From a virus (lineage: Duplodnaviria; Caudoviricetes): a stretch of 53,175 nt of DNA. Position numbers and translations under genes: made by a program. Location: positions 1-53,175 of the IMG/VR virus record IMGVR_UViG_3300025652_000006, one strand, 5' to 3'. The notes beneath the pieces are model-generated. The model saw nothing but the letters and a program-made list of their open reading frames with translations, was not told the origin of the DNA and ran no database searches. Each line of letters opens with the position of its first letter. Position 1 is the stretch's first letter. This document shows positions 6,782 through 14,893 of the stretch, one piece after another.

Positions 6782-8638
6782 TTACTGAATCCCCCGTACG
6801 TACGTGGCCGCACCTTCGATCAATGTTGCCGCTATGACCTCATTGATCTCATTGCCGCGAGTGTCGATCATGTATACGCCATCCTCGATCGGCATCGCTC
6901 GGACACATGCCGCCAGCGTGCCGCGCCACTTTCCGAAGTCGAGTTGCTCGTGCTTGCTAGATCGGATGTCTTTGGCGCCACATTGCTCTTCGAGCAGGCT
7001 GCAGAGCTTGCGGGCGTATGCGTCGACACGATCGAACGGTACGCTCGGCACGGCATCGATGTAGAGGGTGAGACCCTCTGCGGACGCCCCTACAATCCCC
7101 CCTGGTGACATAGACGCCTTGCCCTCCACAACACCACGATCAAATGCGGCCATTTCCAGGTCTGTAGTATCCGCCTGCGTCCCTTGTGTGTTCTCTAACA
7201 GATGCCGAACCACTACAGAAAGTTCTGGCTTACTGATCTTCTGACCGGTCCACTTTGGATCCTTGACCATCTCGCGGCATGCGGCAACGTCTGCAGGCTC
7301 TGTCCATGCCTCTACCAGCTCATCCGACGTGAGTTCTCCGGCTTTAGTGGGTGCTGCCATCGTAGATAGCTCGGCATCTGTTGGATCGGCCTTGACCACT
7401 TCCGGTTCAATCTCCACCGTTACACTAGGCAGTTTTACCTCGGGCTTTGGCGCCTCCGCTGGCTTTGGCTTGACCTCGCCCTTTGCCCTGAGGTTTGCCG
7501 CAAGCTTCGCCACGATCTCTACAGAGAGAGGGGAAAGGGTACCGTAGTCACCCTCGCCCGCCAGTGCCTCGCCCGTTACCGGCTGGCCTGTGGCTACCTG
7601 GTAGACCGCTGCAGCCTCTTTGGTGAGCGGAGGAAAGCCCTTTTCACATGCCAGAATGTCCTCCCAATCGGCCTTAAATGCTTGTGCTTCTGCACTGAGT
7701 GCCGGCGCGGACGCACCTAGTACGCCTGCCGATGCTGCCCCTGCCTCTAGATCTGCCAACTCTTTTTCTAAATCCATTTTCGTATCTCCCTTTTTTAGTT
7801 GTGTGGCTTTTGTTATGCCAAAAATGTCGTCAATTGATTGTGGTGCACTTTGCGCGCAAAACGTATGTTTATGCATACACTCCCTGCCCCATGCCTTGCA
7901 AGCGTTCCTGTTCTTAGGAATTTTGCTTACGTCAGACTCCTTTACGAAATCCTTAATCTTTCTAGCAAACGCTTCGATCGCTGTCCAGCGTTTATTGATC
8001 TCTTCTCGTGGTACACGGATAGTTTCTTTGCTGCTACGTGGTGCACCGCGTGTCTGCATGTATACGTGGCTAAGTCTCACAAAGTCGGCCTTGGGGTCAC
8101 GTGCGAGCGCGTACATGCCATAGAGGGGCATTTGCACCGTGTCCATAAGCTTGTCAGCTGGCTTTGACCACTTGGCCACGTCTGATGTCGTTTTCCAGTC
8201 GAGTACCTCCACCGTGGAGAACTCATCGACAAGATCGCCGTACTCGTCTACGGTTGTGATCTGCCCTTCTCGCCAGCCTGGATCTAGTACGTCGATCTCC
8301 CCAACGGTGCGGATGCCTGCAACGGTGAGCGCCCCTGGCTCTATCTTGTGCTCGATAAGCAAGTGGTCGCGTTTTTGCGGGATGTACTGCTTAGCCGTTA
8401 GCGCGATCATCCCTAGCGACATCTCCCCCGTCTTTAGGTGGTGCTCAAGCTCCTTGTGTGTTGTGACTCCGATCTGATTCGCGCCGGTGAAAGGCTCCTT
8501 TAGCTTTTCGACGTAGTGCAGCCGCCCCTTTAGAGGACAGCCCCCGGCCTGGTCTGGATCGTACTTTGAGATTCCCGACGGTGAAAGGTATTGCACCTCC
8601 CCGTCGATGACGTTTAGGCCGTAACTACCTCCTGCCAT
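6782..8638 (-). CDS. PD-(D/E)xK Cas4/RecB-like exonuclease fused to a long C-terminal region
   Basis: YLSPSGI, GCP, H(KELE), GEIDVL, DWKT, QMPLY and a downstream CxxxxxxC...C cluster typical of Fe-S staple nucleases. Confidence 0.85.
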   Translation of the reverse strand: MAGGSYGLNVIDGEVQYLSPSGISKYDPDQAGGCPLKGRLHYVEKLKEPFTGANQIGVTTHKELEHHLKTGEMSLGMIALTAKQYIPQKRDHLLIEHKIEPGALTVAGIRTVGEIDVLDPGWREGQITTVDEYGDLVDEFSTVEVLDWKTTSDVAKWSKPADKLMDTVQMPLYGMYALARDPKADFVRLSHVYMQTRGAPRSSKETIRVPREEINKRWTAIEAFARKIKDFVKESDVSKIPKNRNACKAWGRECMHKHTFCAQSAPQSIDDIFGITKATQLKKGDTKMDLEKELADLEAGAASAGVLGASAPALSAEAQAFKADWEDILACEKGFPPLTKEAAAVYQVATGQPVTGEALAGEGDYGTLSPLSVEIVAKLAANLRAKGEVKPKPAEAPKPEVKLPSVTVEIEPEVVKADPTDAELSTMAAPTKAGELTSDELVEAWTEPADVAACREMVKDPKWTGQKISKPELSVVVRHLLENTQGTQADTTDLEMAAFDRGVVEGKASMSPGGIVGASAEGLTLYIDAVPSVPFDRVDAYARKLCSLLEEQCGAKDIRSSKHEQLDFGKWRGTLAACVRAMPIEDGVYMIDTRGNEINEVIAATLIEGAATYVRGIQ

Positions 8639-8809
8639 TTAGGTGAACACATACCCGTAAAGGCCCAGTATGTGCGTGAGCGTGGCCCATACCACGTAGG
8701 CAGGGATGGGAAGGAATAGGGCAGCTATAAAGCCGATGCCATTATCTTGGGACCCGTCCTCTATCACGATACAGGCACACAGGTAGCAGATTATGAAGAA
8801 TGCTGTCAT
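8639..8809 (-). CDS. Small membrane protein (56 aa)
   Basis: Manual translation MTAFFIICYLCACIVIE...; two hydrophobic stretches, abutting or overlapping both neighbours. Confidence 0.55.
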   Translation of the reverse strand: MTAFFIICYLCACIVIEDGSQDNGIGFIAALFLPIPAYVVWATLTHILGLYGYVFT

Positions 8810-9075
8810 CCGGCCCCATTTAGCTCATTCAAAGTGCCTGCCAAAAAGGACCGTACGGACGCCGTGGTCTCATCGATGGCCGATTCTAGATCGGTTGACT
8901 TGAGCCTGAATACGTCAATTGACACGTACCCGGTCATCCACGCAACCCATGAGTCATGATGCCTGTGATCGCGCACGATCGTTATACACGTGCCAGACTT
9001 TCTGAACTCCCACACGTTAGGTATACGCTCTTTGTCGCTCCTACTGTAGGATGATGCGTCTTTCCACTCACTCAT
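8806..9075 (-). CDS. Hypothetical protein
   Basis: 89-aa ORF, translationally coupled to its neighbours. Confidence 0.7.
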   Translation of the reverse strand: MSEWKDASSYSRSDKERIPNVWEFRKSGTCITIVRDHRHHDSWVAWMTGYVSIDVFRLKSTDLESAIDETTASVRSFLAGTLNELNGAG

Positions 9076-9317
9076 TAGTTCTCAATCCCTTTCTCTTTTC
9101 TGACCACTACGATCATTTCTTTTGCCGCAAGCGGCACAATCTTAAACGCTTTTTTGGCGTCTTTGACGTACAGGATCTTTAGTAGCGTGTAGTCTTTTCG
9201 ACCGGCACGCCATACAACGGCCTTGCCGTTATCATGTCGGATCGGCTCATGGCTCCACACGTCGATCATGTCGTCAAGTACGCCGTCCTCATCCGCATCC
9301 CGAGTAAGATAAATCAT
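9075..9317 (-). CDS. Hypothetical protein
   Basis: Likely start MIYLTRD after a GGGGGG ribosome-binding site. Confidence 0.65.
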   Translation of the reverse strand: MIYLTRDADEDGVLDDMIDVWSHEPIRHDNGKAVVWRAGRKDYTLLKILYVKDAKKAFKIVPLAAKEMIVVVRKEKGIEN

Positions 9318-9383
9318 ACGCCCCCCACGACTGCTAGCAGCACAAGACCAAGGCCGATACATATCAGTGCAATTCCAAAAAGA

Positions 9384-9533
9384 TCACCCATTTACGCCCC
9401 ATACCTTTAAAAGACCTTCTGCCTCGTCTTCTGAGAACTGTTCTACAATTTTTTTGTAGTCCGTCCCGCGTGCACCCTGAGCTAGGGCCTCAGCCTCTAG
9501 AAGGGAAAGTAACTTTTTCTTTGCATCGCTCAT
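9384..9533 (-). CDS. Small hypothetical protein
   Basis: MSDAKKKLL... start overlaps the upstream stop (ATGA). Confidence 0.5.
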   Translation of the reverse strand: MSDAKKKLLSLLEAEALAQGARGTDYKKIVEQFSEDEAEGLLKVWGVNG

Positions 9534-9652
9534 GTGTTTAAAAACCACGTGATAAGGGCAAGCGTGCAGCCGAACGGCAACAGCACGATCAGCATCATGC
9601 CTAAGAAAAGTGCGGCAGGGTATGCCGTCGTGCGGATCCACTTGCTAATCAT
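9530..9652 (-). CDS. Small membrane protein
   Basis: MISKWIRTT... with one transmembrane segment and ATGA overlaps on both sides. Confidence 0.5.
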   Translation of the reverse strand: MISKWIRTTAYPAALFLGMMLIVLLPFGCTLALITWFLNT

Positions 9653-10077
9653 CGTCGTGCATCCGATAGCGCATGCTCTGCCCAAAACTCCGCGCTCTCG
9701 TCCGAGTCGTCTTCGAACATCTCGCGTGGTGCTGCCGGTCCACCGTATGCTGTGTACAAGCACGCAACCGCCCCGTTATGTGGTCCGCTAACTACCGTGA
9801 CGGTTCGCGATCGGCGGAATGGGCGCATCACAAGCCTGCTTTTGCCGTCTCTGCCAGGGCGCTCGTTATAGTATGCATCGAACTCGGCGACCGGTGCATC
9901 GCCCATCGCCGGTCCATACAGTCCGCACGGGACAGTGCCGAGGTACTCTGGTAGCTCGACCTGCTCGACGAGTACCTCAGAGCTGCCGTGGCAGTTGCTG
10001 AGCGCGTACTCTAGCTGCTCGTCTGTCAGCCCGTGGTCGACATGTGACTCGTCAATCTTATACACGCCGGTGCTCAT
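9649..10077 (-). CDS. Hypothetical protein
   Basis: 142-aa ORF with a LYTAYGGPAAPRE segment, coupled to its neighbours. Confidence 0.75.
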   Translation of the reverse strand: MSTGVYKIDESHVDHGLTDEQLEYALSNCHGSSEVLVEQVELPEYLGTVPCGLYGPAMGDAPVAEFDAYYNERPGRDGKSRLVMRPFRRSRTVTVVSGPHNGAVACLYTAYGGPAAPREMFEDDSDESAEFWAEHALSDARR

Positions 10078-10280
10078 AGCGCTGCCCTCACTGCTGCGTC
10101 TTTGGCTTCCAGAAGTTTTCTTAGTGCGACATCGGTCTCAGTAGACTGCTCGCCGCATGTCCGAGTGGCAATTTCTTTTGCAAGCTTGCAAAAGGGCATT
10201 GATACGTCATGCAATCGCTCCGGCAAATGCTCGTATGCAAAGAATTTCAGGATCGCGTTGGTTGATTCGTGGGTTTTCAT
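10074..10280 (-). CDS. Small helical-hairpin protein, candidate Acb2/Tad1-like signalling-nucleotide sponge
   Basis: FFAYEHLPERL...ETDVALRKLLEAKDAAVRA resembles a widespread phage two-helix family. The family link is from recall, not a search. Confidence 0.5.
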   Translation of the reverse strand: MKTHESTNAILKFFAYEHLPERLHDVSMPFCKLAKEIATRTCGEQSTETDVALRKLLEAKDAAVRAAL

Positions 10281-10286
10281 ATTTTT

Positions 10287-12374
10287 TCACACTCCTACAA
10301 TTTGGGCGAAAAGCCCCTTACCTTGCACCGTCAGTGCCCATCCACTGGCAACTTCGCCGATGAACTGTTTCTCAAGGTATCCCGCCTTCTCAGCATTTAC
10401 AACAGAATTCTTTGCCGCTGCGCTTGGGCCGCCGATCGCCTTGTGAATGTCCCGTGTCGTAACCGGTCCCTCTAGTCTTGCCTCGGCACTGCCAACGGCT
10501 TTAAGTACCTCGGTGACATTGTCATCCGTCCGGGTAGGTGCGCCGTATGATACCTCCCAGCATGCCGCGATCGCCGTGTCCGATACCTCATCGTCTGTGA
10601 TCTTGAGCAGTAGATTCATTGAGCCTACGCCTTTGGCGCCTTTTACCTCGACATCCACACGGTTAGAGATATGCCCCTCTTCCATGTCGGTACCGGTGTT
10701 GCTCATGTACATCCCGCAGTCAAGCGCACCGTGGATGGCACCTGACCCGCGCATGCGCTGCCCTGGCCTTCTCTGTGCGGTATCGGCGCTGCCCTTCGAT
10801 GCGTGGTGTACAAACATGACCGCACAGTTAAGGACCCTGCCAAGCGTGCGAAGCCTGCGCATCACTAGGGACATCTCATCAGAGCTATCCTCTGCGCTAC
10901 TATGTAAATCGCGCAACGGGTCGAGTACCAGGAGCTTTAGGGGTCCGAGTGCGCGGCATGAGGCGATAAGCATTGCCATGCTCAGATCTGAGCCGATGTC
11001 CAGATCGCGCCCACGTGGCTGCAGGTACAGATCGGCGGGGATCTTACCGTCACGAGTGGAGCAAAGGGATTTGATACGGTTTTGCACCGCTGCCCCTTGA
11101 TCCTCTGCATAAAAGTACGCGCACCTGCCTTGTTCTACCTCAAACTCGCCAAACGCCTTTGTGCCGCTCGCCACCGCTATGACCATCTCAGTAGCTGCCC
11201 AGGTCTTACCTGCCTTTGGGTCGGTTGCCAGGGCCGCTAGCGCGTCTTTGGTAAGCATGCCGGTGATAAGCCACGGAGTAGGATCGAAAGTGCTGTCTAT
11301 AAGGTCCTGCGCCGAGAGAAAGAAAGGCACCAGTTCTGTAGCCTCATCCTTGACGCCAAGCGCATCCATATAGTCTTTGGCAGCGTCTAGTACTTTCTCT
11401 TTGAATGATCCTGGTACGGCCACTTCTGAGAATGGGGCGGGGCCTTCCAGGCCTTCGAGAAACTCGTACGTGTCCCGCTTGTCGCCGTATTCGCCTGTAG
11501 CGTATCTGTCGGCATCATTCAGAAATTTACCTAGCTCGTTTGTTTCCCAAGGCGGCTGACATGAGGCGTTCCATTCGACCAGCAAATGGTATGCTTCCGT
11601 GCCGTCTAACGCGTAGTCATTTGTGACGATGGCAGCGGCAGCATACGTGTGAAGTGTGCCACCGCTATCCGAGATAGCCGGACCATGATCTTTCAGTGCG
11701 GCACGTGCGGCCGCTAAAAGACCCTTCGATGCTTCGGGGTAGGTGTGGTCTGCCTTATCCGTTACCGTGATTTCTTCAATCTCGATGCCTTCTAGCAGGC
11801 TATCGACATCTAACGGTGTTCCTGAGAACACCATTGATTGTGGCTTTGCGTCCTCAGGACAGCTCGGCAGGTGCCAAAAGCGGGCCGGGTTGTCTGTCTT
11901 GATGCCCGACGGTATGCCGAGGTACTTAAGCGCCTCGCGCCACAGGGGCTTGAATTCGGCAGCTGTGACAGGGCGGGACAGTGCTAACAAGAGGCGCCAG
12001 GTGCTTTTTTCTGGTGGGGCGTGGGAGTGTGTTGACGATATAATCGCCCTGATCCCCATGTCCTTCAGCCTCTTCATGTGCCGCAATGCTTCGGGCTGTG
12101 TGAGTTGCCCGCCGTCCTCTGATTTATCGAGATCAAAGCAAAGCGCGTGCACCTCTAAGACATTATCTGAGATTGCATGTCCAGCGATGCCAGGGCACTT
12201 GTCAGATCCGCAGTCGCACATGCCCTGCCTAAAAGAGGCAGGTGAGAATCCAGGGCCGGCCTTCTCTTCTCTCCGCTTATGGGTCGTCAGCGTGGTGACG
12301 GTCTGATCCCATGTCAGGATGCGTGTGTGCTCGGTGCCTTTATTAAAAAGGTCGGGGAAAAATGTAAAATGCAA
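10287..12374 (-). CDS. Primase-helicase (N-terminal AEP-type primase, PriCT-like linker, C-terminal RepA/AAA_25 helicase)
   Basis: CFDLD and STHSH primase motifs, WNASCQPPW linker, and helicase motifs PKAGKT, LLVLDPL, FVHHASK, RGSGA. Confidence 0.88.
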   Translation of the reverse strand: MHFTFFPDLFNKGTEHTRILTWDQTVTTLTTHKRREEKAGPGFSPASFRQGMCDCGSDKCPGIAGHAISDNVLEVHALCFDLDKSEDGGQLTQPEALRHMKRLKDMGIRAIISSTHSHAPPEKSTWRLLLALSRPVTAAEFKPLWREALKYLGIPSGIKTDNPARFWHLPSCPEDAKPQSMVFSGTPLDVDSLLEGIEIEEITVTDKADHTYPEASKGLLAAARAALKDHGPAISDSGGTLHTYAAAAIVTNDYALDGTEAYHLLVEWNASCQPPWETNELGKFLNDADRYATGEYGDKRDTYEFLEGLEGPAPFSEVAVPGSFKEKVLDAAKDYMDALGVKDEATELVPFFLSAQDLIDSTFDPTPWLITGMLTKDALAALATDPKAGKTWAATEMVIAVASGTKAFGEFEVEQGRCAYFYAEDQGAAVQNRIKSLCSTRDGKIPADLYLQPRGRDLDIGSDLSMAMLIASCRALGPLKLLVLDPLRDLHSSAEDSSDEMSLVMRRLRTLGRVLNCAVMFVHHASKGSADTAQRRPGQRMRGSGAIHGALDCGMYMSNTGTDMEEGHISNRVDVEVKGAKGVGSMNLLLKITDDEVSDTAIAACWEVSYGAPTRTDDNVTEVLKAVGSAEARLEGPVTTRDIHKAIGGPSAAAKNSVVNAEKAGYLEKQFIGEVASGWALTVQGKGLFAQIVGV

Positions 12375-12531
12375 AGTGTTCCAATCAATAAGTGATCATC
12401 CGGCCCACCCCGTTGGAACAAAGAAGGGGCAGGCCAGACGATCGGGCCATGGCAAGGGTATCACCGTGAGCGCTAAAAGGACAAGGCTAAACGGTCTGGA
12501 TTATCTTTGCCAAAAGGATGTTTTTTCTAAA

Positions 12532-12634
12532 ATAAAACTATAAGCTCAGTGGACCATGCGGTGCCTACCGACGGCAACCCCCAACGGGGGGAGGCCTAGA
12601 GGGGCAGAAAGCACAGTCCGAACTGTAGCTTACA
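12532..12634 (-). ncRNA. Structured small RNA, family copy 1
   Basis: Long irregular hairpin TGTAAGCT...AGCTTATA followed by GTTTTATT. Homologous to the copies at ~20.9 and ~28.9 kb with compensatory changes; G-U pairs work only on the minus strand. Confidence 0.7.
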
Positions 12635-12652
12635 TATTTGTGATATATGGTC

Positions 12653-12681
12653 TTGCGTAGGTGTTTTCTCTGTAGTAGCGT
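12653..12681 (+). promoter_or_regulatory. Sigma-70-type leaderless promoter
   Basis: TTGCGT-17 nt-TAGCGT-6 nt-ATG(12688). Confidence 0.55.
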
Positions 12682-12687
12682 CAGAAT

Positions 12688-13248
12688 ATGAAAATCACAC
12701 TGACGATAGATGACATGGTCTTTGAGTTAGACGCTGCCAGCGGTGCAGATGCTAAGGCACAGGTAGACGGTATCCGGCGCGCCTTTACATGCAAGGCCCC
12801 GAAGGATGACACCCGCCCTGACGCCACGCCGCTGGAGATGCTCGTATGGGTAGACGAGTTTCCGGGTAATCATTCGATCCGCTGGCTGGATCGCAATTGC
12901 CCCTTTGGCAATGCCAAGACCATGATCACCCGCCTGGAAAAAGAAGAGCGGCTTGTACTCGCTGAGACGCTGTACCAGGGTAAGAAGCACATGCAGACAA
13001 TGCAGGCCGTGTACCTGCCAGGCACTGAGCCGTCATCCCTACCAGAAGCGGGCAGTGGGGCGCTACGTGCAAGGTTGGGGGTATGGCTAAAAGACAATCC
13101 CGGCCACGCGGTTAAATTTGTGGAGGATCACTGTGGCATCATCCGTAGCCGGGCAAAAGCGACGTTGACAAAATTGATCACGGCTGACACTGTAGAGGTG
13201 CGCGAGGTCAAAGGTAAGCCGTGCGTGTTTTTGAAAGGAACAAAATGA
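12688..13248 (+). CDS. Hypothetical protein, possibly with tandem winged-helix domains
   Basis: 186 aa with two similar segments, WVDEFPGNHSIRWLDRNC and WLKDNPGHAVKFVEDHC. Confidence 0.65.
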   Translation: MKITLTIDDMVFELDAASGADAKAQVDGIRRAFTCKAPKDDTRPDATPLEMLVWVDEFPGNHSIRWLDRNCPFGNAKTMITRLEKEERLVLAETLYQGKKHMQTMQAVYLPGTEPSSLPEAGSGALRARLGVWLKDNPGHAVKFVEDHCGIIRSRAKATLTKLITADTVEVREVKGKPCVFLKGTK

Positions 13249-13511
13249 TCGTAGAATTAGAGGGAAAGACAACACTCACCTGCAGTACATACGGGTGCAA
13301 CGAGGCCATTCAGGTGCCTTGTGTGGTGTACTTTGACACAGAAACAGAGCTTGATGTAGACTCAGTGCCGTCCTGTGTGGGCGAGACCACCGAAGTAGAC
13401 TGGGAGTACCCGAAGGGGTGGGGTGCCGAGACACGTTACATCTATAGCAGCTATCACCCCACTGGGGGCCATGTATGCCCCGTACACCTAAAGGAGCGAA
13501 ATGCCAGTTAA
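13245..13511 (+). CDS. Hypothetical protein
   Basis: ATGA overlap; CxxxxC and CPVH motifs. Confidence 0.65.
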   Translation: MIVELEGKTTLTCSTYGCNEAIQVPCVVYFDTETELDVDSVPSCVGETTEVDWEYPKGWGAETRYIYSSYHPTGGHVCPVHLKERNAS

Positions 13512-13989
13512 AAAGACAGCAGAGAACCGGGCCGCAGCACGTGAAAGTCTCGCAAAGAAGAATTTCGACAAGCCACAGCGTACTAAGGCGGGACGATTCC
13601 CCAAAGGCGTAAGCGGCAATCCAGGCGGCACACGCGGAGGTGTAAAGGCCTTGGCCTATCGCATCCAAAAGGAAACGGCCGACGGTATGGAGATTGTGGA
13701 TCTCCTACTGCAGTGCATGCGCGGGCAGTTTGATGCCGAACACCTTAACGCCGGTATGCTTACGGATGCCGAGAAGTTCAAGGCCCGGCAATGGGCGATC
13801 GAGAAAGTCTTTGAACGTGGCTTTGGCAAACCTAAAGAAACGGTTGAGGTTATCTCAGGTTTCGAGGATGGCGGAGACGCTACCATGATTGATACCTCCA
13901 CCATGTCCGACGATGAGCTTGAAGCCCTCTCCAAGGCCGGTGATATCCTTGAGGCGCACGCCGCCAAGAAGGCCCCGATCGATGTCTAG
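13501..13989 (+). CDS. terS: Terminase small subunit (DUF5681-type motif)
   Basis: GRFPKGVSGNPGG motif and FERGFGKP; upstream of the large subunit. Confidence 0.7.
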   Translation: MPVKKTAENRAAARESLAKKNFDKPQRTKAGRFPKGVSGNPGGTRGGVKALAYRIQKETADGMEIVDLLLQCMRGQFDAEHLNAGMLTDAEKFKARQWAIEKVFERGFGKPKETVEVISGFEDGGDATMIDTSTMSDDELEALSKAGDILEAHAAKKAPIDV

Positions 13990-14227
13990 CGTCTACACCA
14001 TAGGCCTACCCTGTGATCAGACAATGCAGTATTGGGTAGGCCCTGTACTTAATCAGTGGACATTCTTAGGTAAAGAGGCGTGGCGCACTGAAGATAAGGC
14101 CGTTGCGGATCGCATGGTCGACATGATGTGCGAAGGACTTGAGGATCACGAGTTTCCGTCTCAGAGACCGTGGGTGTGTGAGCCGCAGGACGAGGACGAA
14201 CTCAATAGGGAGGATTGGACATGGTAA
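13982..14227 (+). CDS. Hypothetical protein
   Basis: Start MSSVYTIG overlaps the terS end. Confidence 0.6.
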   Translation: MSSVYTIGLPCDQTMQYWVGPVLNQWTFLGKEAWRTEDKAVADRMVDMMCEGLEDHEFPSQRPWVCEPQDEDELNREDWTW

Positions 14228-14394
14228 CCCTAGGTGCAATAGGCATATTTATAGCCCTTGCGGTGCTTTGCAGCAGGAAGCCTCCACCACCTAAGCCGCA
14301 GGTACTTCCAGCGTGTAAGTTAGGCAAGAGGGCACGCCAGAACAAGCGCAGCTTACGTAGCCGTAGAATTAGAAGGGCAGGTATGAAAAGATGA
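14221..14394 (+). CDS. Small membrane-anchored basic protein (57 aa)
   Basis: Manual translation MVTLGAIGIFIALAVLCSRKPPPPKP...; GGAGG ribosome-binding site. Confidence 0.5.
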   Translation: MVTLGAIGIFIALAVLCSRKPPPPKPQVLPACKLGKRARQNKRSLRSRRIRRAGMKR

Positions 14395-14705
14395 GCTTCT
14401 GTAAGCACTGTGACGAGCACACCGAAAGGCCGCTAGATGTGTACTATGACGATCACAATCCTGCATTCTGCTCCTCAAGCTGCGAGACAGATTACAGCTA
14501 TCTGGAGTGTAGGGTGTCCGGTAAGCCCGAGCTTATGGACCTACCCCTAGGTGCCGAGGTCTTAGACTTTACGGGCCGGGCGTGGACACGGGGCAGCGTC
14601 GACGGGTCATGTGTGAACCTCACCCGGCCGGGGAACATGCGCGCCATCCTCCGCTTCTATCAGCCGATTGTCTTTACGGATGGCCATTGGCGGCTTTGTA
14701 AATGA
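14391..14705 (+). CDS. Hypothetical Cys-motif protein
   Basis: CKHC...FCSSSC; coupled ORF. Confidence 0.6.
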   Translation: MSFCKHCDEHTERPLDVYYDDHNPAFCSSSCETDYSYLECRVSGKPELMDLPLGAEVLDFTGRAWTRGSVDGSCVNLTRPGNMRAILRFYQPIVFTDGHWRLCK

Positions 14706-14893
14706 TAGAGTCTATCCTAGAGATCACCTTATGTATGGGGCCAGAGGAGACCGTATGGCTAAACCCTACAGCGATAGCCACAGTGAGAGACGACGATCCT
14801 ACCTACTGTAGGGTCACGTTGATAGGTAGTCCCTACATGTACCGGATATACCTGCCTGGCAGCGAGGTACGTGCTATAATCGCCAAGAGGTGA
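14702..14893 (+). CDS. Small hypothetical protein
   Basis: 63 aa, overlapping both neighbours by 4 nt. Confidence 0.6.
   Translation: MIESILEITLCMGPEETVWLNPTAIATVRDDDPTYCRVTLIGSPYMYRIYLPGSEVRAIIAKR

Noticed and set aside
10447-12306. Long plus-strand ORFs antisense to the primase-helicase (and similar shadows elsewhere)
   Set aside because: Ser-rich antisense shadow frames of real genes, with no motifs.
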